64,000 nt of DNA from assembly GCA_037444445.1 (NCBI GenBank), contig JBBIMK010000001.1, forward strand, positions 5,012-69,011, in the 5' to 3' direction. Origin of the DNA: a bacterium (GTDB taxonomy: Bacteria > UBP7 > UBA6624 > JBBIMK01). The translations under genes and the position numbers were made by a program. The notes below the pieces were generated by a model. That model worked only from the letters and a program-made list of their open reading frames with translations, had not been told where the DNA came from and ran no database searches. Every line of letters begins with the position of its first letter. Positions within the stretch are counted from its first letter, which is position 1. Below, one piece after another: positions 37,906-48,418 of the stretch.

Positions 37906-39036
37906 ATGAAGAAGTGGAGGATACGAACAGGGGGGCAAATGATTGCGGATGGGGCCCTTTCATCGGGATGCTCGTTTTTTGCCGGATATCCTATCACACC
38001 TGCCTCCGGAATCTACCGGGAAATGATAGAGCAGTTGCCACAAATGGGGAAAGTCGCTATTCCCGCACCGGATGAGATTTCTGCTATTGCCTATTGCATT
38101 GGCGCTTCTATGCGAGGATATAAAGCGATGACTGCCACCTCTGGACCTGGGTTTTCTCTTATGGTGGAGAGCCTCCAATATGCATTGATGACGGAAATAC
38201 CTGTGGTAGTCGTCCTGGTTCAAAGGCTGGGACCGTCTACCGGGGGCGCAACGCTGGGAGCACAGGGAGATGTGCTTTTTTCCGAATTCTGCATCTCCGG
38301 CGGGTATGCGATTCCTGTGTTTTGTCCCAGCACGCCTTATGAATGTTATCACCTCATTCAGCGAGCTTTTTATTGGGCAGAGACTCTCCGAAGCCCTGTG
38401 ATACTCCTGACAGATAAAGAGGTTGCCATGACTTACGAGACCGTAGACACAGATAGATTAACCACTTTCCCCTCTGTATACAGAGAAACACACCCGGATG
38501 AAAACTCATCTTATCTTTCTTATCATATCCAACTCCCGGAAGATATTCCCCTATTTTCACCCGTAGGAGGAAAGACCAAAACACGCCTGACGGGGTCGGT
38601 TCACGATATGCAGGGATTTCTCCGTAGAAATGAACCAGAGGTGATTTTCCTCTTGAAACATCTGCAGAAAAAAATCTCAAAACGAGTGGAGGAAATGTCT
38701 TACTACGATTTCAATAAACAGGACGGCGCAAACACCCTTTTAATCACTTATGGCATTACTTCCCGTGCCGGGCGGGAAGCCTTGACACTGGCTCGTAAAA
38801 CAGGTTCTGCCGTCTCTCATCTTCATCTGATGACTTTATTCCCGGTGCCACAAAGTGCAATCCAGAAGGCTGTAGAAGGCGTAGACTATGTGTTGGTGGC
38901 GGAAGAAAATTTGACTGGACAATACCGAAGCATCCTATCTCCTTTTCTGCAGGATAAAAAAGTGAGAAGCATAAACAAAGTGGGCGAGATGATTACTCCT
39001 GAAGAAATTCTCCAGACTCTTACTCAGAGAAAATGA
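37906..39036 (+). CDS. korA: 2-oxoacid:ferredoxin oxidoreductase alpha subunit
   Basis: N-terminal IADGALSSGCSFFAGYPITPAS. Confidence 0.8.
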   Translation: MKKWRIRTGGQMIADGALSSGCSFFAGYPITPASGIYREMIEQLPQMGKVAIPAPDEISAIAYCIGASMRGYKAMTATSGPGFSLMVESLQYALMTEIPVVVVLVQRLGPSTGGATLGAQGDVLFSEFCISGGYAIPVFCPSTPYECYHLIQRAFYWAETLRSPVILLTDKEVAMTYETVDTDRLTTFPSVYRETHPDENSSYLSYHIQLPEDIPLFSPVGGKTKTRLTGSVHDMQGFLRRNEPEVIFLLKHLQKKISKRVEEMSYYDFNKQDGANTLLITYGITSRAGREALTLARKTGSAVSHLHLMTLFPVPQSAIQKAVEGVDYVLVAEENLTGQYRSILSPFLQDKKVRSINKVGEMITPEEILQTLTQRK

Positions 39037-40409
39037 ACCCCGAAAAATACGAAGAGAGTGGAGCGTCTCTTTTATATTTGAATTTGAAAGGACTGCTTCC
39101 CTACTGCAAGGGGTGCGGGCATATTCTCATTGCTCAAGCGTTAGATCGGGCATTGCAAAAGTTGCAAATGTCTCCGAAAGATATTGCCATTTTTAGTGAT
39201 ATCGGCTGTGTAGGATTGATTGATGAGCGAGTAGAAACCCCTCATACGGTTCACACGACTCATGGGCGCTCCACCGCGTTTGCCACCGGATTAGCCATCG
39301 CTGATGGAGTCTTGAATGCTGGAAAAATGAAGGCCATCGTGATGATTGGGGATGGTGGAGCCATTATTGGCCTGTTGCATTTGGTGCAAGCGGCACTGAT
39401 GAATGTGGACCTGACAGTTCTGGTCCACAATAATTTTCTCTACGGAATGACTGGCGGCCAGAGTTCTGGTTTTACACCACTGGACTTTGTCACTGTCACG
39501 ACGCCGGCAGGGAATTTCGTGCCTCCAGTAGATTTATGTAAAATTCTGGAAGCCTCTCACGGTGGGTTCATCGCTCGCAAAATCTCCACAGATAAAGATT
39601 TGCCGGATGTAGTGGCAGAAGCCATCGCTTATCCTGGATTTGCCGTGGTGGAAATTTTAGAACTATGCGTCGCTTATGCCGTGAAAAACAATCCAATTAC
39701 AGGCAAGGATTTGGAAGAAATCGGCAAAAGGCAAGGATATGAGTTTGGAATTCTGGTGGAAAGTCATCGGCAAGAATTTTCAGCGGCCTATCGTGACCGA
39801 TTGTCGCGCCTACCCGGCAAAAAAGCCAAAGTAGAAATTCTGGAAGAATTTTCCTCTGATTTATCTCACCCCTATCGGATCCTTATGGCGGGTAGTGCAG
39901 GGGAACGAGTTCAATCTGCCGCTTCTTTGTTCATCACCTCAGCGGCGAAAGCCGGACTTTATGCCACCCAGAAGAATGACAATCCGGTGACCCAGGGCTC
40001 CGGTTTCTCTCTATGTGAAATCATTCTCAATCCTGTTGAAGTTTTTTATACCGGTATCTCTTCTCCCGATGCGCTCATCATCCTCTCCAGGGACGGTTTG
40101 GAAGAAGTAGAGCAACGAGGAGACTTTTCAAGAGTTAGCCCCTCCTGTGTTATCTTCGTTGATTCTTCTTTACCTTTACCCGTCACTTCTCATCTTCCGG
40201 GCAAAGTGATTCGCTATTCTTTTCGCGATAGATTTTCTCCTCAAAATGCGGCTATCGGCGCTCTAAATCACCTTCTCACGCTGACAAAGTTATTTCCAGT
40301 GGAGGCATTTCAAAAAACGGTTAGGGAATTTTATCAAGAAGGCAGAGAGAAAGAGATAGAAGTGGCGTTTTATGATTACAGCGAAGAGTTTTCCTCACCT
40401 CATTTATGA
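39033..40409 (+). CDS. korB: 2-oxoacid:ferredoxin oxidoreductase beta subunit (TPP-binding) with a C-terminal gamma-like extension
   Basis: CxxC...; TPP motif GDGGAIIGLLHLVQA; 458 aa, longer than a stand-alone KorB. Confidence 0.75.
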   Translation: MNPEKYEESGASLLYLNLKGLLPYCKGCGHILIAQALDRALQKLQMSPKDIAIFSDIGCVGLIDERVETPHTVHTTHGRSTAFATGLAIADGVLNAGKMKAIVMIGDGGAIIGLLHLVQAALMNVDLTVLVHNNFLYGMTGGQSSGFTPLDFVTVTTPAGNFVPPVDLCKILEASHGGFIARKISTDKDLPDVVAEAIAYPGFAVVEILELCVAYAVKNNPITGKDLEEIGKRQGYEFGILVESHRQEFSAAYRDRLSRLPGKKAKVEILEEFSSDLSHPYRILMAGSAGERVQSAASLFITSAAKAGLYATQKNDNPVTQGSGFSLCEIILNPVEVFYTGISSPDALIILSRDGLEEVEQRGDFSRVSPSCVIFVDSSLPLPVTSHLPGKVIRYSFRDRFSPQNAAIGALNHLLTLTKLFPVEAFQKTVREFYQEGREKEIEVAFYDYSEEFSSPHL

Positions 40410-40528
40410 GTTTTTACTTCCTGCTTCACTCTGGCTTCAGGGGAATCATCATGCTTTTTATTACTATTGATGGCAGTGTTTCCTTTTGATACGAGTAGAA
40501 TTTCTGATAAAGTGAAAAGAGGACGAGG

Positions 40529-41071
40529 ATGAGGACGATTATCGGGATAACGGGGGCAAGCGGAGTGATTTTCGGTGTTCGCTTTTTAGAGCGATGCCCT
40601 GGCGAGAAGGTGCTGGTGTTAAGCGAATGGGGAGGAAAAATCCTGAAAGAGGAAGTGAAGATTCGTAAGTCACACCTCAGAAAGTTTGTTCAGGAAATTT
40701 ATGAAGATGATGAACTGGATGCGCCTGTATCCTCTGGCAGTAACCTGTTTGATGCTTTCGTGATTATACCCTGCTCGGTGAGCACCCTGAGTAAAATTTC
40801 TGTGGGCATCTCGGATACTCTTATCACGAGGGTAGCGCAAGTGGCATTGAAAGAGCGGCGTAAACTCATCCTGTGCCTTCGGGAAACTCCACTTTCATCT
40901 GTTGTTCTGGAAAGCGCCCTCAAACTTTCTAATCAGGGCACAATGATTATGCCTATTAGCCCCCCTTTTTACACAAAGCCGAAAACCCTTGAAGAAGTCA
41001 TAGACGCTTTTGTGAATAAAGTCCTGGTCTCACTGGGTGTACCTGTATCCTGGGGCTGGAAAAAAGGATGA
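40529..41071 (+). CDS. ubiX: UbiX-family flavin prenyltransferase (candidate MqnL)
   Basis: IIGITGASGVIFGVRFLE. Confidence 0.85.
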   Translation: MRTIIGITGASGVIFGVRFLERCPGEKVLVLSEWGGKILKEEVKIRKSHLRKFVQEIYEDDELDAPVSSGSNLFDAFVIIPCSVSTLSKISVGISDTLITRVAQVALKERRKLILCLRETPLSSVVLESALKLSNQGTMIMPISPPFYTKPKTLEEVIDAFVNKVLVSLGVPVSWGWKKG

Positions 41072-42849
41072 ATGAACGGCTTATGGCGAGATTCCACGAC
41101 CTCCCGTCCTTTTTAAGAGTGCTGGAGGAGATGGGTGAGTTGAAAAGAGTCAAAATAGAGGTAGACCCTGTTCTTGAAATCACGGAAATAGTGACGCGAG
41201 TTCTTCAACAAAAGGGGCCTGCAATTCTGTTTGAGCGGGTAAAAGGTTCACCCTACCCTTCCGTGATCAATCTTTTTGGAACAGAAAGGCGGATGGAAAT
41301 CATCTTACGTCGGCATCCGCAGGCCATCGGGGAAGAGCTCGTTCATCTACTGGAGCAGTTGAACCCGCCTACGGCGCGAAAGATGTTTTCCTTGCTACCC
41401 TTTACGCGGAGATTTCTCGCTATGAGGCCACGCCTGCAACAGAAAAGCCGCGTTCATGAAGTCGTGGAAGAACCCGACCTGTTGACTTTGCCCGCCATCC
41501 AGTGCTGGCCGCAGGATGGCGGGCGTTTTATCACCTTCCCGCTGGTGATAACACATCATCCCGTAAAAGGCACTCGGAATCTGGGCACATATCGGATGCA
41601 AATTTATACTCGGAAAGCCACTGGAATGCACTGGCACATTCATAAGGGAGGTGCCCGGCACTATTTTGAGGCGGAGCGACTGGGAAAAGACTTGCCCGTG
41701 GCAGTAGCCATAGGAGGCGACCCCATTCTCGCTTTTTGTGCCATCGCACCTTTACCGGAAGAAATGGATGAAATCGCTTTTGCAGGATTCTTGAGAGGGT
41801 CACCCATTGCCCTGACTCGCGCCAAAACTCTGCCCTGGGCTGTGCCAGCAGACGCAGAATTCATCCTGGAAGGTATGGTGCCGCGTGGGGAACGGCGGAT
41901 GGAGGGGCCCTTCGGTGACCACTTTGGCCATTACTCGGCTCCTGCTTTATTTCCCGTTTTTCATATCCACCTGATCACCCGGCGACACCATCCCATCTAC
42001 CACACAATTTTTGTGGGTAAACCGCCACAAGAGGATGCACCCATTGGACATGCCATTGAGCACATTTTTAATCCCCTCGTAAAAGTATTTTTCCCTGAAA
42101 TCGTAGATATGTGGGCGTATATGGAGGCAGGTTTTCACAATCTTCTTGTCGTTGCAGTGGATGAACGATACCCCCGACATGCGGTGAAAACGATGTTCTC
42201 CATCTGGGGCTTCGGACAACTCTCTCTCACGAAAACTATCATCCTGGTGTCCAGGGATGTAAACCCCAGGGATTTTCAAGCGGTGTTGCAGGAAATCAGG
42301 CGGAATTTTGACCCTGCGACAGACTTCTATTTGATACCGAATACCATTTTAGACACCCTGGATTTTACAGGAGTAGAACAGCACATCGGTTCTAAAATGA
42401 GTCTCAATGCCTGCCGAAAGGAGCGACCTCTGGATTTCCCTGTTACTTCCCACTCTGTCTCACCAGTGGGCAAAATTCCAGGGGTTACAGGCTATCGGGT
42501 CGTATGCGATTGCCTGCTGATTCTCCAGGTAAATCAACCTGGAAAACCCATCCTTCAGCAATTTCTCCAACTGCCCGGTTATGAGTATGTTAAAATAATA
42601 GCGACGGTGAGTGAGGATGTGGATTTACAGTCGGAGGCGGAAATGATATGGGGAATTTTCACGAGATTTGACCCACAAAAAGATGTCTTTTTTGAGCGAA
42701 CGAAAATGGAAAATGCGACTCTGCATTACGAAGGCCGACTTTGTATAGATGCTACCTGGAAGTCAGACTACCCCGAACCCTTAAAAATGTCAGAGGACAT
42801 CAAGAAAATGGTAGACCAAAAATGGGATGCTTACTGGAGAGAAAAGTAA
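41068..42849 (+). CDS. ubiD: UbiD-family decarboxylase (candidate MqnM)
   Basis: 593 aa UbiD-like; 4-nt overlap with ubiX. Confidence 0.8.
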   Translation: MNERLMARFHDLPSFLRVLEEMGELKRVKIEVDPVLEITEIVTRVLQQKGPAILFERVKGSPYPSVINLFGTERRMEIILRRHPQAIGEELVHLLEQLNPPTARKMFSLLPFTRRFLAMRPRLQQKSRVHEVVEEPDLLTLPAIQCWPQDGGRFITFPLVITHHPVKGTRNLGTYRMQIYTRKATGMHWHIHKGGARHYFEAERLGKDLPVAVAIGGDPILAFCAIAPLPEEMDEIAFAGFLRGSPIALTRAKTLPWAVPADAEFILEGMVPRGERRMEGPFGDHFGHYSAPALFPVFHIHLITRRHHPIYHTIFVGKPPQEDAPIGHAIEHIFNPLVKVFFPEIVDMWAYMEAGFHNLLVVAVDERYPRHAVKTMFSIWGFGQLSLTKTIILVSRDVNPRDFQAVLQEIRRNFDPATDFYLIPNTILDTLDFTGVEQHIGSKMSLNACRKERPLDFPVTSHSVSPVGKIPGVTGYRVVCDCLLILQVNQPGKPILQQFLQLPGYEYVKIIATVSEDVDLQSEAEMIWGIFTRFDPQKDVFFERTKMENATLHYEGRLCIDATWKSDYPEPLKMSEDIKKMVDQKWDAYWREK

Positions 42850-42850
42850 A

Positions 42851-44050
42851 ATGAATGAGAAGAATGTTTTTCACTTAGATGACTTCTTTCTGGAAACAAT
42901 AAAAGACCCTCATCTTTTGAAAATTCAAGAGAAAATCCAGAGCGGGGAAAGGCTCTCCAGAGAGGATGGCTTGATGCTTTTGAAAACCAGGGATTTGCAT
43001 TTTCTCAGCTATCTTGCAGAAGGTGTAAAACGCGCGCGGACAGGGGACAAAGTTTACTTCGTTGTGAATTGCCATATCAACCCAACCAATCTTTGCGTCC
43101 TCTCATGCAAGTTCTGTTCTTTCTATGCCAGGAAAGGAGACCCGAGAGGTTATGAAATGACGGTGGAAGAAATTTTTCAAAAAATTGACCGGGTCAAGGA
43201 GAGGGTAAAAGAGATTCATATTGTCGGGGGGCATCACCCTGACTGGCCCTTTGAGGTCTATGTGAACCTGATTAGAATCCTGCGAGAGCGTTATCCAGCG
43301 GTGAACTTAAAAGCGTATACCGCCGCAGAAGTGGATTATTTCACCCGCATCACCAGACGGTCAGCTAAAGAAGTCTTAATAGAATTAAAAGAAGCAGGAT
43401 TGGATACGATGCCTGGTGGAGGAGCAGAAGTATTTTCTGACCGTCTTCATAAACTTCTCTTCCCTGGAAAAGCCTCTCCTGAGCGATGGTTGGAAGTCCA
43501 TCGCATCGCTCACTCGCTGGGAATTCGTTCTAATGCAACCCTGCTTTTCGGGCATATCGAGACACACGAAGAGATTGTGGAACATCTTTTGAAACTTCGC
43601 ACGCTTCAGGATGAAACCGGGGGATTCCTTTGTTTCGTTCCACTTACTTTCCACCCGGAGAATAACGAACTATCATACATTCGTTCATCTTCGGGTGTAG
43701 AGGACCTGAAAATCGTGGCGCTCTCCCGATTGATGCTGGATAATTTCCCGCATATCAAATCTTACTGGATACAACTGGGAGAACGAACCGCTCAGGTAGC
43801 ACTCCACTACGGAGCCGATGACCTGGACGGAACCATAGTAGAAGAAAAAATTACTCATTCTGCAGGCGCTAAAACTCCAGTAGGGCTGACCTGCGAAAAT
43901 CTGATTCGCCTCATACAAAAAGCAGGCTTCCTTCCCGTAGAACGCGATGCATATTATAACGAGTTAGTTTCATACCCTCAATCGTCCTTTTCACTCTCTC
44001 CTTCCTATTTATCGGGCAACGATGGATTTCGCCCCGAGTTCTCTCAATGA
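42851..44050 (+). CDS. Radical SAM menaquinone enzyme, MqnC/MqnE family
   Basis: CVLSCKFCSFYA (Cx3Cx2C); ggagag Shine-Dalgarno before the ATG at 42851. Confidence 0.8.
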   Translation: MNEKNVFHLDDFFLETIKDPHLLKIQEKIQSGERLSREDGLMLLKTRDLHFLSYLAEGVKRARTGDKVYFVVNCHINPTNLCVLSCKFCSFYARKGDPRGYEMTVEEIFQKIDRVKERVKEIHIVGGHHPDWPFEVYVNLIRILRERYPAVNLKAYTAAEVDYFTRITRRSAKEVLIELKEAGLDTMPGGGAEVFSDRLHKLLFPGKASPERWLEVHRIAHSLGIRSNATLLFGHIETHEEIVEHLLKLRTLQDETGGFLCFVPLTFHPENNELSYIRSSSGVEDLKIVALSRLMLDNFPHIKSYWIQLGERTAQVALHYGADDLDGTIVEEKITHSAGAKTPVGLTCENLIRLIQKAGFLPVERDAYYNELVSYPQSSFSLSPSYLSGNDGFRPEFSQ

Positions 44051-44888
44051 ACTTTCGCTGATGGTTTACTTACCCAAAGGAACCCTGTCTTTTCCTTACA
44101 CTACCATCGGAAAACCCCCTTATCTTCTTGTGGAGCCGTTCTTCCACTTTTTCCGGGATGACCCGAAATTTGGCATCCTGGAGGATACTCCTGAAGCTTT
44201 TATATCCTATGTGATGAATCGGAGGCTGGAAATTGTTTTCATCCCCTCCGTGGTATATTTCCACCCTGTAACTCAGCGCTATTACAGCCCCTTCGCCAAT
44301 CTTTGTGTAGCGGTTCGCCAGAGAGCGATGAGTGTTTTATTATTCTCCAAATTTCTTCTGGAGGACCTGAATAAGAAAATGATTGAAATAACTCCCGAAA
44401 CCACCACCTCCTTTTATTTACTTCGTATTTTGATGGAAACCTGGAAAAATTTACACCCTGAATATCGTCGAGGAATCACCCAAACAGGTGATGCCTTTTT
44501 AGTGATTGGCAACAGAGCCCTGCGATACAAAACGGTGGCTCCACCTGCCTTCCCCTATCATTATGACCTGGGAGAACTATGGTGGGAGTGGAAGAAATTA
44601 CCTTTCGTTTTCGCCATGTGGATACAACTCAATGACCTTTCTGACATCCGGCTGTATCTTGCAGAAAAAATGATGAAAGAATCCTGGCAGAAAACCATGC
44701 TGAATTTGGAAAGTCTGGCTCCTATTTTTGCTGAAAAACATCGTCTTCCAGAGCACATTGTGCCAGAATACCTCAGGAATTTCCAGTATATCCTTGGAAA
44801 GGAGGAGAAGAGAGGTCTTGAAGAATTTAGAAATGAACTCTTCCGCCTTCCGGACAGCCCACTTACAAGATATCCTTGGAAAAGTTAG
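44022..44888 (+). CDS. MqnA-like (chorismate dehydratase/futalosine synthase family) protein; start uncertain
   Basis: Placement between two MqnC/E genes, size and weak similarity (EIVFIPSVVYF). Assignment is tentative. Confidence 0.4.
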   Translation: MDFAPSSLNELSLMVYLPKGTLSFPYTTIGKPPYLLVEPFFHFFRDDPKFGILEDTPEAFISYVMNRRLEIVFIPSVVYFHPVTQRYYSPFANLCVAVRQRAMSVLLFSKFLLEDLNKKMIEITPETTTSFYLLRILMETWKNLHPEYRRGITQTGDAFLVIGNRALRYKTVAPPAFPYHYDLGELWWEWKKLPFVFAMWIQLNDLSDIRLYLAEKMMKESWQKTMLNLESLAPIFAEKHRLPEHIVPEYLRNFQYILGKEEKRGLEEFRNELFRLPDSPLTRYPWKS

Positions 44889-45939
44889 AGCGAAGGAACG
44901 ACTCAGTCCGGAGGAAGGGTTAGCCTTGCTGAGTGAAGCACCACTTCAAGTTCTGGGTATGCTGGCGGACACCGTCCGTGCCCGATTTCATCCTGATAAT
45001 CTGGTGACTTTTGTGCTGGATGCCAACCCGAACTACACCAATGTATGCGAGACCTATTGCCTGTTCTGCGCCTTCTATCGCACTCAGAAGGATAAAGAGG
45101 CTTACACTTATTCTGTATCTGAAATGTTAAACCAAATAAGGCAACTCAGAGATGCGGGAGTTACCACGATTCTTCTCCAGGGGGGCCACAATCCGGAATT
45201 ACCCCTGGATTATTACCTGGAGTTAGTTCAACGAACCTGCGAAGAAATTCCTGAAGTTCATCCTCACTTTTTTTCTGCTTCTGAAGTGGACGAGATGGCA
45301 AGAGTATCCGGACTTTCCACTCGGGAAGTTCTGCAAAAACTCTATGATGCCGGGTTACGAACGATGCCCGGCGGGGGTGCAGAAGTTCTAAGCGACCGAG
45401 TGCGCAGAAAAATCAGCCCCCTGAAAATTTCTTCCGATGAATGGATTCGTATTCACAGAGAAGCCCATGAAGTGGGTATCAAAACCACCTGCACGATGAT
45501 GTTCGGACACCTGGAAGAAAATCCAGACATTCTGGAACATCTGGAACGAGTGAGAAAATTACAGGATGAAACCGGGGGATTCCTCGCTTTTATTCCCTGG
45601 ACCTTCAAGCCCCATAACACTGTTTTAGAGCGTAAAATCCCCTATGAAGTGGATGCGGAACGCTATCTTCGTATCCTCGCACTCTCTCGCATTTACCTGG
45701 ATAACTTCGCCCACATACAGGGCTCTTGGTTCACCCAGGGCAAAAAAATGGGAGCCATCTCTCTTCATTTTGGAGCCAATGACCTGGGTGGCACTCTCTA
45801 TGTGGAAAATGTTTTGAAAGAAGCGGGAAATCCTTACACCGCTTCCATAGATGACATCGTGCATTTAATTCACACCGCAGGTTTTATCCCCGCTCAGCGC
45901 GATACCTTCTACCGGATTATCAGAACCTTCGCAGAATAA
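44833..45939 (+). CDS. Radical SAM menaquinone enzyme, MqnC/MqnE family (second paralog)
   Basis: CETYCLFCAFY (Cx3Cx2C); collinear with the first paralog. The ORF is open from 44728, so the start is probably internal. Confidence 0.8.
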   Translation: MNSSAFRTAHLQDILGKVRAKERLSPEEGLALLSEAPLQVLGMLADTVRARFHPDNLVTFVLDANPNYTNVCETYCLFCAFYRTQKDKEAYTYSVSEMLNQIRQLRDAGVTTILLQGGHNPELPLDYYLELVQRTCEEIPEVHPHFFSASEVDEMARVSGLSTREVLQKLYDAGLRTMPGGGAEVLSDRVRRKISPLKISSDEWIRIHREAHEVGIKTTCTMMFGHLEENPDILEHLERVRKLQDETGGFLAFIPWTFKPHNTVLERKIPYEVDAERYLRILALSRIYLDNFAHIQGSWFTQGKKMGAISLHFGANDLGGTLYVENVLKEAGNPYTASIDDIVHLIHTAGFIPAQRDTFYRIIRTFAE

Positions 45940-46008
45940 AGCAGGAAAAGACTATTCTCCAATCCGGTTTTATGCCGTTTTCCGGTGATACAATGAACTC
46001 AGAAGGAG

Positions 46009-46377
46009 GTGAGAGAAATGATAGAGAGAGTAGACGCTATCATCTACAGCGTAGTAAATTTAGAAAAATCCAGGCAGTTTTACTCTGAAATACTTGGATT
46101 AGAACCGAGAATTCAAGAGCCTCATTTTATCGGGCTGGGCGCCGGGAATCTACTCATAGGCTTACGCGAGCGTAAAGGAGCAGAAGCACACCCCCGTCTG
46201 CCGGAAGTAGTTTTCTTTGTCAGGGATGTTCATTTAATTTATGAGCACCTGAAAGCCCATAGAATTGAAATTCAACAGACGCCAACTGAAACGGATTGGG
46301 GAGCAAGAAAAGCCAATTTCTTAGACCCCGATGGCAACCCGCTTGAAATCGTAACCTATACTCAGGCAAAATGGTGA
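46009..46377 (+). CDS. VOC (glyoxalase/bleomycin-resistance) family protein
   Basis: 122 aa; ...FLDPDGNPLEIV C-terminal VOC motif. Confidence 0.7.
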   Translation: MREMIERVDAIIYSVVNLEKSRQFYSEILGLEPRIQEPHFIGLGAGNLLIGLRERKGAEAHPRLPEVVFFVRDVHLIYEHLKAHRIEIQQTPTETDWGARKANFLDPDGNPLEIVTYTQAKW

Positions 46378-46401
46378 AAGAATAAGGAAGGAACGATTTC
46401 C

Positions 46402-47139
46402 ATGAAAGCGAATATTCAGGCGGTATTTCTGGACTGGCATGGAGTGGTTTATGATGGTGAAGTAGTGGGTCGCCACCTGTATAAATGGACACTTTACGAC
46501 CTCTATGGTAAGAGCCTAAATTTCTCCAGGGAACAGTGGGAAGAGGTTGAGCAAGAAGCATACCAGAACTTTATGCAAACCTGGAAGAAATTGACCACTC
46601 AGAACATTCTTTCTTATCGATCAGTAATTCAGAAGGCTGAATCGGCCTATTACCGAACTCTCCACCGGTCAGCGGGCATTCCAGATAACCGCTCAGATGA
46701 AGAGATTTTTCAGCAATCCAGAGAATTGAACTTTAGAGTGGCTTCCTCTTATGATGCCACTTACCCGGAGGTCCGTGCTGTGCTGGAGGAACTCCGGAAT
46801 AGAAAGATAAAACTTTTTATCATTACTTCAGCCACAGAAGATTACATCTTAGGTTCCCTTATCGGTTCAAAACTGCAGGATTATTTCGATAAAATTTTCT
46901 CTGCGGAACGCTTAAACCTCAGCAAATTTCATCCCGGATTCTGGCAAGAGGTTTTTGAAATTTCGGTCTCTTCACCCTTATCCTCCATGGTGGTAGACGA
47001 CTCATACGAGTGCTTAAGAATTCCGCACAATGCTGGAGCCATCTGCCTTCTCATGGCTCGGGCTGGTTCCCGGGATGAGGAAAAGATTGTCTCGGTTCCA
47101 ACCATAGATTCAGCGGAGAAAATCCTCGTCTATCTATAA
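46402..47139 (+). CDS. HAD-superfamily hydrolase
   Basis: N-terminal VFLDWHGVV (DxD-like motif I position). Confidence 0.55.
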   Translation: MKANIQAVFLDWHGVVYDGEVVGRHLYKWTLYDLYGKSLNFSREQWEEVEQEAYQNFMQTWKKLTTQNILSYRSVIQKAESAYYRTLHRSAGIPDNRSDEEIFQQSRELNFRVASSYDATYPEVRAVLEELRNRKIKLFIITSATEDYILGSLIGSKLQDYFDKIFSAERLNLSKFHPGFWQEVFEISVSSPLSSMVVDDSYECLRIPHNAGAICLLMARAGSRDEEKIVSVPTIDSAEKILVYL

Positions 47140-47185
47140 AGTGGTTCATAAATCATCCTCCTTTTATTCGCCGTACATTTATAGT

Positions 47186-48418
47186 ATGGTTTATACGATG
47201 GGAACAGAGAAAAGAAACCCGAAGATATTCATAGTGGCAGGTGAATTGTCGGGGGATCTCCATGCATCGCTACTGGTAAAGGGAATCCAGGATAAGCGAA
47301 AAGATGTGGATTTTATCGCATTTGGAGCCCATCGGTTAAGGCAGCTGGGAGTAAAAATCCTCTGCGATACCACCCGATGGGGTGGCATAGGATTTTTAGA
47401 TAATCTGATGAAACTGCCTCAAACCGTATCCGGATTCCGACTCTTCCAGAAAGTGCTGGAGGAAGAAAAACCCGATTTGTTCATCCCCGTAGATTTCCGT
47501 TTTTTTAATCTTCGTGCTTCGGCCTTAGCCAAGAGGAAGGGTATTCCCGTGGTGTATCATGTGTCGCCCGTCGTATGGGGAATTTCATTAAACCGGCCGC
47601 TCATTTATAAAATTTTTCCATTTCTACAACAATCTGAGGAAAAAAGCAAAAAACGATACTTGCAGGTGAAGAAAGTGGTGGATTTCGCTTTCGGTATCTA
47701 TCCTTTTGCAGTTCCTGATTACCAGAAGTTTGACATTCCCTTTCTGTATATCGGGCACCCCGTGCTGGAAATGATTTGGAAGAAAAGAAAAGACACAGGC
47801 TCTTGTCCTCCTCAATGGGGGAATTCAAGGATAGTCAGTATTTTCCCCGGGAGCCGGGAAATGGAAATTCGCAGACACCTTCCCATTATTCTTAAAAGCC
47901 TCCCGAAAATCCACGAGAATTTTCCTGATTTCTCTGTATGGATTTCCTGTGCGGCTCCTCCGCTGAAAAAACTCCTTCTAAAAACCATAAAAAAATTTAT
48001 CAGACCCCCTTCTGCATGGCTACAAATTTGGGAAGGGGAAGCACAAGAAGTGATGGAAAAATCTATTTTTGCCATTGTTACCTCAGGAACAGCCGTGCAC
48101 GAGGCGATGGCTGTAGGATTACCTTCAGTGGTGGTTTACAGGGTTCATCCGCTCATCGCCTGGATTTCTCGTTTATTTTTTATGAACCTTCCCTGCTGGA
48201 GTTTTCCCAATCTCCTATCTGGCAAATGCATCCTTCCGGAACTGATTCAGGAAAAATTCACACCGCAAAATCTTTATGCTACTGTGAAGAAATACTTAAC
48301 GAATCAGGAACTATGGCTTCAAACACAACGAGAATTACTGGAAATGAGCCAGCAATTGATTCAAGAAAATGGGCTCCAGAAAGCGGTGGATAGAATCTTA
48401 CTTTTTCTACCCGCATGA
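47186..48418 (+). CDS. lpxB: Lipid-A-disaccharide synthase
   Basis: KIFIVAGELSGDLHASLLVKGIQ. Confidence 0.8.
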   Translation: MVYTMGTEKRNPKIFIVAGELSGDLHASLLVKGIQDKRKDVDFIAFGAHRLRQLGVKILCDTTRWGGIGFLDNLMKLPQTVSGFRLFQKVLEEEKPDLFIPVDFRFFNLRASALAKRKGIPVVYHVSPVVWGISLNRPLIYKIFPFLQQSEEKSKKRYLQVKKVVDFAFGIYPFAVPDYQKFDIPFLYIGHPVLEMIWKKRKDTGSCPPQWGNSRIVSIFPGSREMEIRRHLPIILKSLPKIHENFPDFSVWISCAAPPLKKLLLKTIKKFIRPPSAWLQIWEGEAQEVMEKSIFAIVTSGTAVHEAMAVGLPSVVVYRVHPLIAWISRLFFMNLPCWSFPNLLSGKCILPELIQEKFTPQNLYATVKKYLTNQELWLQTQRELLEMSQQLIQENGLQKAVDRILLFLPA

